Shown piece after piece: positions 1 through 7,195 of a DNA stretch of 8,553 nucleotides. Within the stretch, counting starts at the first letter, position 1; every line of letters begins with the position of its first letter. Origin of the DNA: a virus (lineage: Duplodnaviria > Heunggongvirae > Uroviricota > Caudoviricetes); IMG/VR virus record IMGVR_UViG_2617270968_000006, one strand, 5' to 3'. The position numbers and the translations under genes were made by a program. The notes below the pieces were generated by a model, which was given only the letters and a program-made list of their open reading frames with translations, was not told the origin of the DNA and did not search any database.

Positions 1-1011
1 TTATAACGTCACTCCGCCTTTTAGTGGATTCAGAGCGACGGCGTTCTGCAGGTAGTCAGGCGCAAGGTGCGCATAGGTCATTGTCTGCTGAATGCTCGCA
101 TGCCCCAGAATCTGTTGCAGTGCAATTATGTTGCCCCCATTCATCATGAAATGGCTTGCGAATGTATGCCGCAGAATGTGGGTTGCCTGATTGGGAGGTA
201 TATCAGGTTTCACTCTGCGTAAAATCCCGCAAAACTTCTCATAATCTACCTTGAACAATTTGGCGCTGGCCTCCTCTTTAACTTTTTTCTCCAGTTCCTC
301 AGAAATCGGCACTGTTCGCTTTTTACCGTTTTTGGTTTTCAGGAAGGTAACCCTGCAACTTGTAATCTGTGCTGGTTTTAGTGTGGCAACTTCCGTCCAC
401 CTTCCTCCAGTGCTCAGACATAAAAGCGCGACAAGTAAGTCATCACCAGTCAAAACATTTAGCAGTTTTTCGATTTCTGCTTTTTCCAGGAACGTCATTT
501 CAGGGTTAGCCTCCGTCAGTGGCGGCAGTCCGTGAATTGGGTGTTGCCCGGAAAATTCATCCAATTGAATTAATTTTGTGAACATGCCGGATAATCGGTA
601 CATGTCGCGGTTTATCGTTGCAGCACTGATGCCATCACGTAGTCGCATGGAGCGATAATCCATCAAAGCCCTTTTGTTCATCCGACTCACTGGTATATCA
701 CCTATGCCGCTGATGGTTTTGAGCAGATGATTAAACTCTTTTGTCCCATGCTCGTGGTTTTGCCCGTGGTATTTCCACCAGATGTCGAGCAATTCTGTCA
801 AAGTTCGGCGGTCTGCTCGCTGGCCTCCCCATTCTTTCTGACTGGCATTGGCGATTGTGTATCGCTCAAATGCTAGTGCTTCAGCTTTTCTTTCAAATTT
901 CCTGCGGATGCGTTTTCCGTCGCGACCGCGAGGTCTAATGTCCACTTCATAGCGACCATCATCGAGCTTCTTAATTGCCATAAGAAAGCCCTCCGGCGCT
1001 GTATTCACCAT
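1..1011 (-). CDS. int: Tyrosine site-specific recombinase (P2-type integrase), 336 aa, complete; stop codon at 1..3
   Basis: ATG at 1009-1011 (minus) to TAA at 1-3. C-terminal region has the HxxR motif (HILRHTF) and a likely catalytic Tyr (TMTYAHL); basic N-terminal arm-binding-like domain. Size matches P2 Int (about 337 aa, from memory). Confidence 0.9.
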   Translation of the reverse strand: MVNTAPEGFLMAIKKLDDGRYEVDIRPRGRDGKRIRRKFERKAEALAFERYTIANASQKEWGGQRADRRTLTELLDIWWKYHGQNHEHGTKEFNHLLKTISGIGDIPVSRMNKRALMDYRSMRLRDGISAATINRDMYRLSGMFTKLIQLDEFSGQHPIHGLPPLTEANPEMTFLEKAEIEKLLNVLTGDDLLVALLCLSTGGRWTEVATLKPAQITSCRVTFLKTKNGKKRTVPISEELEKKVKEEASAKLFKVDYEKFCGILRRVKPDIPPNQATHILRHTFASHFMMNGGNIIALQQILGHASIQQTMTYAHLAPDYLQNAVALNPLKGGVTL

Positions 1012-1050
1012 CTTGGTGGCAAATGGTGAAAATGTAATTTTTATATAGAG

Positions 1051-1344
1051 TTAGCCAATCCTTTTCGCGGAGTGGTTGGATTCTGTTGACTCTGGCCCAC
1101 TGTGCGCGAGAGACGGTGCGATTTGTCCCGCTTCCGGCGCTGTTTTATCTGTCATGAGCCATAGTGTGTATTTTTGGAACTGAGGTGCATTGGTGACCTG
1201 CAACACAACTTGGATGCCAGGGTCTTGATGGCCTCCTTCGTAATTCTTTAGCGTTCCTAACGCTATGCCGCTGATTTCACTGAATTTTGCTTGAGTTAGC
1301 CCTTCCGATTGTCTTATTGCTCTTAATTTCTGTGCGATATTCAT
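1051..1344 (-). CDS. C: P2 C-type immunity repressor homolog, 97 aa (internal start of the 158-aa track ORF)
   Basis: Translation MNIAQKLRAIRQSEGLTQAKFSEISGIALGTLKNYEGG... has an N-terminal HTH and a C-terminal segment (QFQKYTLWLMTDKTAPEAGQIAPSLAHSG) strongly reminiscent of P2 C. Sits immediately upstream of and co-oriented with int, as in P2. Start chosen at ATG 1342-1344 because the longer form would overlap the divergent promoter region. Confidence 0.8.
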   Translation of the reverse strand: MNIAQKLRAIRQSEGLTQAKFSEISGIALGTLKNYEGGHQDPGIQVVLQVTNAPQFQKYTLWLMTDKTAPEAGQIAPSLAHSGPESTESNHSAKRIG

Positions 1345-1374
1345 TTGACATAGTCCTGACTTAATGACTATATT
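1345..1374 (+). promoter_or_regulatory. Candidate early promoter (Pe-like) driving cox-B-A: -35 TTGACA (1345-1350), 18-bp spacer, -10 TATATT (1369-1374)
   Basis: Consensus -35 hexamer and near-consensus -10 read directly from the sequence, positioned between the repressor start and cox. Confidence 0.45.
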
Positions 1375-1409
1375 CCCCGAAAAGGTCATTAATCCAGAAC
1401 CTTTTCGGG
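1361..1409. promoter_or_regulatory. Nested inverted repeats in the switch region: TTAATGAC (1361-1368) / GTCATTAA (1385-1392) flanking the -10, and CCCGAAAAGGT (1376-1386) / ACCTTTTCGGG (1399-1409); candidate operator(s) or leader RNA hairpin
   Basis: Perfect 8-bp and 11-bp inverted repeats seen directly in the sequence, overlapping the candidate Pe -10 and transcript start. Confidence 0.4.
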
Positions 1410-1479
1410 CGTGAGTCCAGCGCCGCTTAAACGGTTCCAAGCGGTTTTTAAGGGGCTGGATCCTATGAGGGTAACATAG

Positions 1480-1752
1480 ATGGAAGTTAATGATTATGTG
1501 ATTAAGTACCCGCTTGATGCGGTACATGCGGAAAAGTTTGCAGATTTATTGGGTAAACCAAAAACCGCAGTTACAGAAATGATAAAGGCTAACAAGCTAC
1601 CGGTTATCGAGCTTCGAGATCCAAATAAGCCGAAGGCCCGCGCCGGTGAGAAATGGGTTTTCATTCCAGAGTTTAATCGCGCTGTACGTGAGGCGTTTTA
1701 TAACCGACCGGTTGAACAGCGTGATGCATGGCTTTTGTGGATGGGGTTGTGA
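1480..1752 (+). CDS. cox: Cox-like excisionase / early repressor of lysogenic promoter, 90 aa
   Basis: First gene of the rightward operon. Translation carries KLPVIEL.DP...RAGEKWVFIPEFN...RDAWLLWMGL, which resembles my recollection of P2 Cox. GAGGG RBS 8 nt upstream of ATG 1480. Confidence 0.75.
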   Translation: MEVNDYVIKYPLDAVHAEKFADLLGKPKTAVTEMIKANKLPVIELRDPNKPKARAGEKWVFIPEFNRAVREAFYNRPVEQRDAWLLWMGL

Positions 1753-1754
1753 TT

Positions 1755-1925
1755 ATGAATGAGCCGCGTTGTATTGCGCAGTTACTGCGTAACGAAAGCC
1801 CCAGGGCGATTGACTTCACCATCACCCACGGGAAGGGACGCAAGGGAATCATTATCCGCACCAAAAAACAGAGTCCGTTAAAAAAGGCTCTGACCTTTCT
1901 GAAAAGCCGGAGGGTATGGAAATGA
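1755..1925 (+). CDS. Small hypothetical protein, 56 aa, in the position of P2 orf78
   Basis: ATG at 1755 three nt after the cox stop; basic small protein; assignment by synteny only. Confidence 0.5.
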   Translation: MNEPRCIAQLLRNESPRAIDFTITHGKGRKGIIIRTKKQSPLKKALTFLKSRRVWK

Positions 1926-2422
1926 CAGTGATGACGCTCAATCTCGTTGAAAAACAGCCAGCAGCTATGCGCCGGATAATTGGTAAGCATCTGGCCGTCC
2001 CTCGCTGGCAGGATACATGTGATTATTATAATCAGATGATGGAGCGCGAACGGCTAACAGTTTGCTTTCATGCGCAGTTAAAACAACGTCACGCAACGAT
2101 GCGTTTTGAAGAAATGAACGACGTCGAACGTGAACGACTGGTATGTGCAATTGATGAATTGCGTGGGGCATTCTCAAAACGCCGTCAGGTTGGCGCAAGT
2201 GAGTATGCATATATTAGTTTTTTAACAGTCAGTCAGCGTCGTACTTTATTTATGCATGCCGGATTGACTGAAAAAGAATTCAACCAGCCATACTGGCGAA
2301 TTAATGAAGAATCATGTTACTGGCGTGATGCTTTATTCCGTGCATTACGTGAATTATTCAGCCTGTTTGAGTATGCACCGACAATTCTGACGTCGGTAAA
2401 ACCAGAGCAATATCTGCATTAA
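1922..2422 (+). CDS. B: P2 B-like replication protein (DnaB helicase loader family), 166 aa
   Basis: Position between cox/orf78 and the small-ORF cluster, and a length equal to P2 B (166 aa when started at ATG 1922, 7 nt after a GGAGGG RBS). Start overlaps the orf78 stop (ATGA). Confidence 0.7.
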   Translation: MTVMTLNLVEKQPAAMRRIIGKHLAVPRWQDTCDYYNQMMERERLTVCFHAQLKQRHATMRFEEMNDVERERLVCAIDELRGAFSKRRQVGASEYAYISFLTVSQRRTLFMHAGLTEKEFNQPYWRINEESCYWRDALFRALRELFSLFEYAPTILTSVKPEQYLH

Positions 2423-2485
2423 GTAATTAACCAGAGTTTTTAACGCACTTAATTGTGCGGGGCTTCTTTTTGCCTGGAGAAAGTC

Positions 2486-2710
2486 ATGCATACAGTTTCT
2501 GAAAATCAGTGCGGTAAATACGCATTACTGCTGCAACAGGCCAGAACCGAAGCACAGGCCGATGCAGCGACGCGCTTTTCTTCTCATCTTGACGCCATGA
2601 TTCGACACATCACAAAGGCGGAGTTATCCCGCGTGGAGATAGTCGAGCTGCTCAGTCAGGAGTCGGAAAAATTTCACAATATCGGATTGTCTCGCGGGGA
2701 GGTGCTTTGA
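2486..2710 (+). CDS. Small hypothetical early protein, 74 aa (P2 orf80 position)
   Basis: GGAGAAAG RBS then ATG at 2486; stop TGA 2708-2710 overlaps the next start (TGATG). Function unknown. Confidence 0.5.
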   Translation: MHTVSENQCGKYALLLQQARTEAQADAATRFSSHLDAMIRHITKAELSRVEIVELLSQESEKFHNIGLSRGEVL

Positions 2711-3012
2711 TGTCCTGTTCTCGTTCGGTTGTATTACTGAATAACGCCTTAAAAATCGCCGTTATGAAAAATGGCGATTTATCTCTTATTCAACTTGGTC
2801 TTGATAAAGAAAAACGCGAAATAACTGAGTCTGTTATCGCGATTTATCAGAATGAATTAAATATCCTGTCTGATGTGGTCAATTTACTTGTTAAACGCGC
2901 TGTATTTCACAAGCAAATCTCCTCCGTGGATGAACTGACGAAATTAACGACAGAAATTGCCAGCTATTGCGCTGATGAATTTAAAAAACTTAACGACAAA
3001 AGGAGCTGGTAA
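2710..3012 (+). CDS. Small hypothetical early protein, 100 aa (P2 orf81 position)
   Basis: ATG at 2710 overlapping the upstream stop; stop TAA 3010-3012 overlaps the next ATG (TAATG). No recognisable motif. Confidence 0.5.
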   Translation: MSCSRSVVLLNNALKIAVMKNGDLSLIQLGLDKEKREITESVIAIYQNELNILSDVVNLLVKRAVFHKQISSVDELTKLTTEIASYCADEFKKLNDKRSW

Positions 3013-3236
3013 TGCCGGACAACGTGGATTTTATTCAGGAACAACAGGCTGAATTACTGGAGCGTCAGATTAACGCGGCAAGGGTAAAACATTGCGGTGC
3101 TTCTGCGCTGGTTTGCGAAGAGTGTGACGCGCCAATACCTGCTGCCCGTCGTGCGGCTTATCCGTCAGCCACGCGTTGTGTTTCCTGTCAGTCAGTCTTT
3201 GAAGCAAAAAACAAACATTACCGGAGAACGGCATGA
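3012..3236 (+). CDS. TraR/DksA-family C4 zinc-finger protein, 74 aa (P2 orf82 position)
   Basis: AAAGGAG RBS before ATG 3012. Translation contains CEEC-x17-CVSC, the CxxC-x17-CxxC spacing characteristic of DksA/TraR zinc fingers. Confidence 0.7.
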   Translation: MPDNVDFIQEQQAELLERQINAARVKHCGASALVCEECDAPIPAARRAAYPSATRCVSCQSVFEAKNKHYRRTA

Positions 3237-3508
3237 GTATTCGTATTGAAATTGGCGAACGTTATGTCGTTACCAGTGACAGCTTTCAGTTTATTCTCCA
3301 CGAGAAAAAGAGAGCGGAAAGCGGTAAAAACGCCGGTCAGGAATGGCTGGCGGTGGTTGGTTATTGCCCGAAATTAAGCCAGCTCGTTTCCGGCCTGATG
3401 CATCACGATATTCTGACCGGAAGCGCAAAGTCTTTTGCTGATTTAAACGCGCAGGTTGAGCAACTCAGCAGGCGTTGTTCAGAGGCTTTGGGCTCATATG
3501 GCCGTTAA
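3233..3508 (+). CDS. Small hypothetical early protein, 91 aa (P2 orf83 position)
   Basis: ATG 3233 overlaps the orf82 stop (ATGA); its own stop overlaps the start of A by about 11 nt. Confidence 0.5.
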   Translation: MSIRIEIGERYVVTSDSFQFILHEKKRAESGKNAGQEWLAVVGYCPKLSQLVSGLMHHDILTGSAKSFADLNAQVEQLSRRCSEALGSYGR

Positions 3509-5735
3509 AGCCTCCGGGCGTTTTGTCCCTCCGTCAGCATATGCCGCAGGCACCGGTAAGACGTTTACCGGTGCTTATGCATGGAACGCGCCACGCGAGG
3601 CTGTCGGGCGCGAAAGACCCCTTACACGTGACGAGATGCGTCAGGTGCAAGGTGTTTTATCCACGATTAACCGCCTGCCTTACTTTTTACGCTCGCTGTT
3701 TACTTCACGCTATGACTACATCCGGCGCAATAAAAGCCCGGTGCACGGGTTTTATTTCCTCACATCCACTTTTCAGCGTCGTTTATGGCCGCGCATTGAG
3801 CGTGTGAATCAGCGCCATGAAATGAACACCGACGCGTCGTTGCTGTTTCTGGCAGAGCGTGACCACTATGCGCGCCTGCCGGGAATGAATGACAAGGAGC
3901 TGAAAAAGTTTGCTGCCCGTATCTCATCGCAGCTTTTCATGATGTATGAGGAACTCTGCGATGCCTGGGTTGATGCACATGGCGAAAAAGAATCGCTGTT
4001 TACGGATGAGGCGCAGGCTCACCTCTATGGTCATGTTGCTGGCGCTGCATGTGCTTTCAATATTTCCCCGCTCTACTGGAAAAAATACCGTAAAGGACAG
4101 ATGACCACGAGGCAGGCATATTCTGCCATTGCCCGCCTGTTTAACGATGAGTGGTGGACTCATCAGCTTAAAGGCCAGCGTATGCGCTGGCATGAGGCGT
4201 TACTGATTGCTGTCGGGGAGGTCAATAAAGACCGTTCTCCTTATGCCAGTAAACATGCCATTCGGGATGTGCGTGCACGCCGCCAGGCAAATCTGGAATT
4301 TCTTAAATCGTGTGACCTTGAAAACAGGGAAACCGGCGAGCGCATCGACCTTATCAGTAAGGTGATGGGCAGTATTTCTAATCCTGAAATTCGCCGGATG
4401 GAGCTGATGAACACCATCGCTGGAATTGAGCGTTACGCCGCCGCAGAGGGTGATGTGGGGATGTTTATCACGCTGACCGCGCCGTCAAAGTATCACCCGA
4501 CTCGTCAGGTCAGAAAAGGCGAAAGTAAAACCGTTCAGCTTAATCACGGCTGGAACGATGAGGCATTTAATCCAAAGGATGCGCAGCGTTATCTCTGCCG
4601 TATCTGGAGCCTGATGCGCACGGCATTCAAGGATAATGATTTACAGGTCTACGGTTTGCGTGTCGTCGAGCCACACCACGACGGAACGCCGCACTGGCAT
4701 ATGATGCTTTTTTGTAATCCACGCCAGCGCAACCAGATTATCGAAATCATGCGTCGCTATGCGCTCAAAGAGGATGGCGACGAAAGAGGAGCCGCGCGAA
4801 ACCGTTTTCAGGCAAAACACCTTAACCGGGGCGGTGCTGCGGGATATATCGCGAAATACATTTCAAAAAACATCGACGGCTATGCACTGGATGGTCAGCT
4901 CGATAATGATACCGGTAGGCCGCTGAAAGACACAGCTGCGGCTGTTACCGCATGGGCGTCAACGTGGCGCATTCCGCAATTTAAAACGGTTGGCCTGCCG
5001 ACAATGGGGGCTTACCGTGAACTACGCAAATTGCCTCGCGGCGTCAGCATTGCTGATGAGTTTGACGAGCGCGTCGAGGCTGCACGCGCCGCTGCAGACA
5101 GTGGTGATTTTGCGTTGTATATCAGCGCGCAGGGCGGGGCAAATGTCCCGCGCGATTGTCAGACTGTCAGGGTCGCCCGTAGCCCGTCGGATGACGTTAA
5201 CGAGTACGAGGAAGAAGTCGAGAGAGTGGTCGGCATTTACGCGCCGCATCTCGGCGCGCGTCATATTCATATCACCAGAACGACGGACTGGCGCATTGTG
5301 CCGAAAGTTCCGGTCGTTGAGCCTTTGACTTTAAAAAGCGGCATCGCCGCGCCTCGGAGTCCTGTCAATAACTGTGGAAAGCTCACCGGTGGTGATACTT
5401 CGTTACCGGCTCCCACATCTTCTGAGCACGCCGCAGCAGTGCTAAATCTGGTTGAAGACGGTGTTATCGAATGGAATGACCCGGAGGTCGTGAGGACGCT
5501 CAGGGGTGCATTAAAACACGGCCTGAGAACACCAAATCGTCAGCAAAGAAACGGAATCCCGTTAAAACCGCATGAAATTGCACCATCTGCCAGACTGACC
5601 AGGTCTGAACGATTGCAAATTACCCGTAGCGGATATCGCGCGCGGCGGGATAGAACGAGCGAACGAGCTGGAACACGCCGACACCGAGGCCGGTGGCATC
5701 AATTCCGATGTATTCGACGTTGTATTTTTCGGTGA
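3498..5735 (+). CDS. A: P2 A-like rolling-circle replication initiator (HUH endonuclease), C-terminally disrupted: native sequence appears to end near 5625 and the last ~35 codons read through into antisense terminase DNA
   Basis: Start MAVKASGRFVPP at ATG 3498. HUH motif PHWHMML (HWH codons 4692-4700) and a YIAKYISK double-tyrosine motif (Tyr codons 4845-4847 and 4857-4859), as in phiX174/P2 A proteins. Tail SGYRARRDRTSERAGTRRHRGRW is arginine-rich junk overlapping the minus-strand P fragment. Confidence 0.85.
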   Translation: MAVKASGRFVPPSAYAAGTGKTFTGAYAWNAPREAVGRERPLTRDEMRQVQGVLSTINRLPYFLRSLFTSRYDYIRRNKSPVHGFYFLTSTFQRRLWPRIERVNQRHEMNTDASLLFLAERDHYARLPGMNDKELKKFAARISSQLFMMYEELCDAWVDAHGEKESLFTDEAQAHLYGHVAGAACAFNISPLYWKKYRKGQMTTRQAYSAIARLFNDEWWTHQLKGQRMRWHEALLIAVGEVNKDRSPYASKHAIRDVRARRQANLEFLKSCDLENRETGERIDLISKVMGSISNPEIRRMELMNTIAGIERYAAAEGDVGMFITLTAPSKYHPTRQVRKGESKTVQLNHGWNDEAFNPKDAQRYLCRIWSLMRTAFKDNDLQVYGLRVVEPHHDGTPHWHMMLFCNPRQRNQIIEIMRRYALKEDGDERGAARNRFQAKHLNRGGAAGYIAKYISKNIDGYALDGQLDNDTGRPLKDTAAAVTAWASTWRIPQFKTVGLPTMGAYRELRKLPRGVSIADEFDERVEAARAAADSGDFALYISAQGGANVPRDCQTVRVARSPSDDVNEYEEEVERVVGIYAPHLGARHIHITRTTDWRIVPKVPVVEPLTLKSGIAAPRSPVNNCGKLTGGDTSLPAPTSSEHAAAVLNLVEDGVIEWNDPEVVRTLRGALKHGLRTPNRQQRNGIPLKPHEIAPSARLTRSERLQITRSGYRARRDRTSERAGTRRHRGRWHQFRCIRRCIFR

Positions 5736-6180
5736 GTTTGCGGATGGATTCAGCCTGGGTGGCAAAGTCCATGCCTTTCCACTGGTGACGCTCAAGTATT
5801 CTGAATTTGCCACCGGCCACCACCGGCGGTGCCAGTACCACGCATCCGGCGCTGTCGCCACGGTGTGACGGGTCGTAACCAATCCATACCGGGCGGGATC
5901 CGAACGGATTGGCGGCAAACGGCGCATAGTCTTCCCATTCTTCCAGCGTGTCGACCATGCAGCGTTGCAGCTCCTCGAACGGGAACACCGACGCCTTGTC
6001 GTCAACAAATTCACACATGAACAGGTTTTTAAAATCGTCGGCGCTGTTTTCGCGTTTAAGCTGCTCAATGTCGAACAGCGTGCAGCCACCTTTCAGGGCG
6101 TCCTCAATGGTGACAATCTGCCGCCACTGGCCGTCCGCACAGAGAAGCCCACCGGCAAGGGCGTTATGTCCCGCCGACAC
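5620..6180 (-). pseudogene. Fragment (about 186 codons) of terminase large subunit (P2 gpP-like), nuclease-domain region; N-terminal ATPase portion deleted
   Basis: Translation contains WIGYDPSHRGDSAGCVVLAPP and EYIGIDATGLGVGV, typical acidic-residue motifs of the terminase RNase-H-like nuclease domain. Minus-strand orientation relative to A matches P2, where Q and P are transcribed opposite to A. Far too short for a terminase. Confidence 0.7.
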
Positions 6181-6185
6181 CGGCC

Positions 6186-6746
6186 GTGATGGAATCTGAC
6201 ACCGATTATCGTCTGCGTATTCAGCAGGCCTTTGAAGGTTTAAGCGTCGCCGGGTCGGTGGGTGCCTATCAGTATCATGGTCGCAGTGCTGACGGGCGTG
6301 TCGCGGATATCTCTGTCACCAGTCCGTCTCCGGCCTGCGTCACCATCTCTGTGCTGTCACGTGAAAATAACGGTGTCGCATCCGAAGACCTGCTGGCGGT
6401 GGTGCGTAACGCCCTTAATGGCGAGGACGTCAGGCCGGTGGCCGACCGCGTGACCGTGCAGTCTGCCGCCATCGTTGAATATCAGATAAACGCCACGCTT
6501 TACCTTTACCCTGGTCCCGAAAGCGAACCCATTCGCGCTGCCGCTGTGAAAAAGCTGGAAGCGTATATCACGGCACAGCACCGGCTGGGGCGCGACATCC
6601 GTTTGTCTGCCATTTATGCCGCTTTGCATGTGGAAGGCGTGCAGCGTGTCGAGCTGGCCGCACCACTGGCCGACATTGTGCTCAACAGTACGCAGGCGTC
6701 TTTCTGTACCGAATACCGCGTCGTGACCGGAGGCTCGGATGAGTGA
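6186..6746 (+). pseudogene. C-terminal fragment (about 186 aa) of baseplate assembly protein J-like; 5' part deleted
   Basis: Directly followed by an overlapping ATGAGTGA junction with the gpI start, as for J/I in P2; abuts the terminase fragment with no intervening genes. Confidence 0.65.
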
Positions 6747-6903
6747 TTCGCGACTGCTGCCGACTGGCTCATCACCGCTTGAAGTTGCCGCCGCAAAAGC
6801 CTGTGCGGAAATTGAAAAAACGCCGGTCAGTATTCGTGAGCTGTGGAACCCGGATACCTGCCCGGCAAATCTGCTGCCGTGGCTGGCGTGGTCATTTTCG
6901 GTT
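6739..6903 (+). pseudogene. N-terminal fragment (about 55 aa) of baseplate protein I-like; remainder deleted
   Basis: MSDSRLLPTGSSPLEVAAAKACAEIEKTPVSIRELWNPDTCPANLLPWLAW matches my recollection of the P2 gpI N-terminus; the frame then degenerates and terminates at 6966. Confidence 0.6.
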
Positions 6904-6939
6904 GGCGGAGTTCTCCATCAGCCTGGCTACCGGTCGGGC

Positions 6940-7114
6940 AGATATTTACACGGAAACACCGGTTAAAGTGTCAGGCTTTAAGCGCGTCATAGACGAGCAG
7001 GACTGGACAATCACTAAGGTGACACATTTTCTGAATAATAGCGGCTTCACGACGTCCTTGGAGCTTGAGGTCAGGCTTTCTGATGTGGAGTACGAAACAG
7101 AAGATGATGAGTGA
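6940..7114 (+). pseudogene. C-terminal fragment of tail protein D-like (last ~60 aa), ending with an acidic tail EYETEDDE immediately upstream of ogr
   Basis: Different reading frame from the I fragment; position immediately upstream of ogr matches P2 gene order (D-ogr). Start of homology is approximate. Confidence 0.55.
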
Positions 7115-7195
7115 TGTTTTTGTTTTATCTGTTTGTTTTATAAGGATAAATTAACTAAAATGGCACCATCAACAAAACCGGAAGAGGTGCTCGCG

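Noticed and set aside
251-938. Plus-strand ORFs 251..535 (94 aa) and 741..938 (65 aa) inside the integrase gene
   Set aside because: They lie antisense within a well-supported integrase CDS, have low-complexity composition (Ser/Phe-rich) and no RBS or motif; likely spurious.
1345-1527. The longer 158-aa form of the repressor ORF (start at 1527)
   Set aside because: The extension would read through the divergent promoter/operator region and adds a non-conserved basic leader; the internal ATG at 1342-1344 gives a 97-aa protein of typical C-repressor size.
1673-2210. Minus-strand ORFs 1673..1990 and 1965..2210 overlapping cox/orf78/B
   Set aside because: Antisense to a tightly coupled plus-strand operon; no motifs; treated as frame artefacts.
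3456-5328. N-terminal extension of A (3456..3497) and internal alternative-frame ORFs 3475..3807, 3924..4193, 4990..5328, 5022..5270
   Set aside because: All are embedded in the A coding region in other frames or strands; the A frame carries the catalytic motifs; the extension overlaps orf83.
5562-6199. ORFs 5562..6089 (-), 5829..6020 (+), 5948..6199 (+) and 5965..6189 (+) around the terminase fragment
   Set aside because: They overlap the terminase-like frame and have biased Arg/Ser/Thr-rich composition typical of off-frame translation of GC-rich coding DNA.
6262-6796. ORFs 6262..6453 (+), 6275..6472 (-), 6357..6629 (-) and 6614..6796 (-) inside the J fragment
   Set aside because: Alternative frames or antisense of the J-like sequence; no independent support.
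5620-7114. Possibility that the 5620..7114 ORFs are a small novel operon rather than gene fragments
   Set aside because: Each ORF carries sequence characteristic of a much larger phage structural protein (terminase nuclease domain, J C-terminus, I N-terminus, D C-terminus) and they are joined without promoters or proper starts; deletion remnants explain this more simply.
7133-7195. Upstream extension of ogr (track ORF start at 7133, 93 aa)
   Set aside because: The conserved Ogr protein begins at MFHCPLCQ (ATG 7196), which has a proper RBS; the extension is AT-rich intergenic sequence read in frame.
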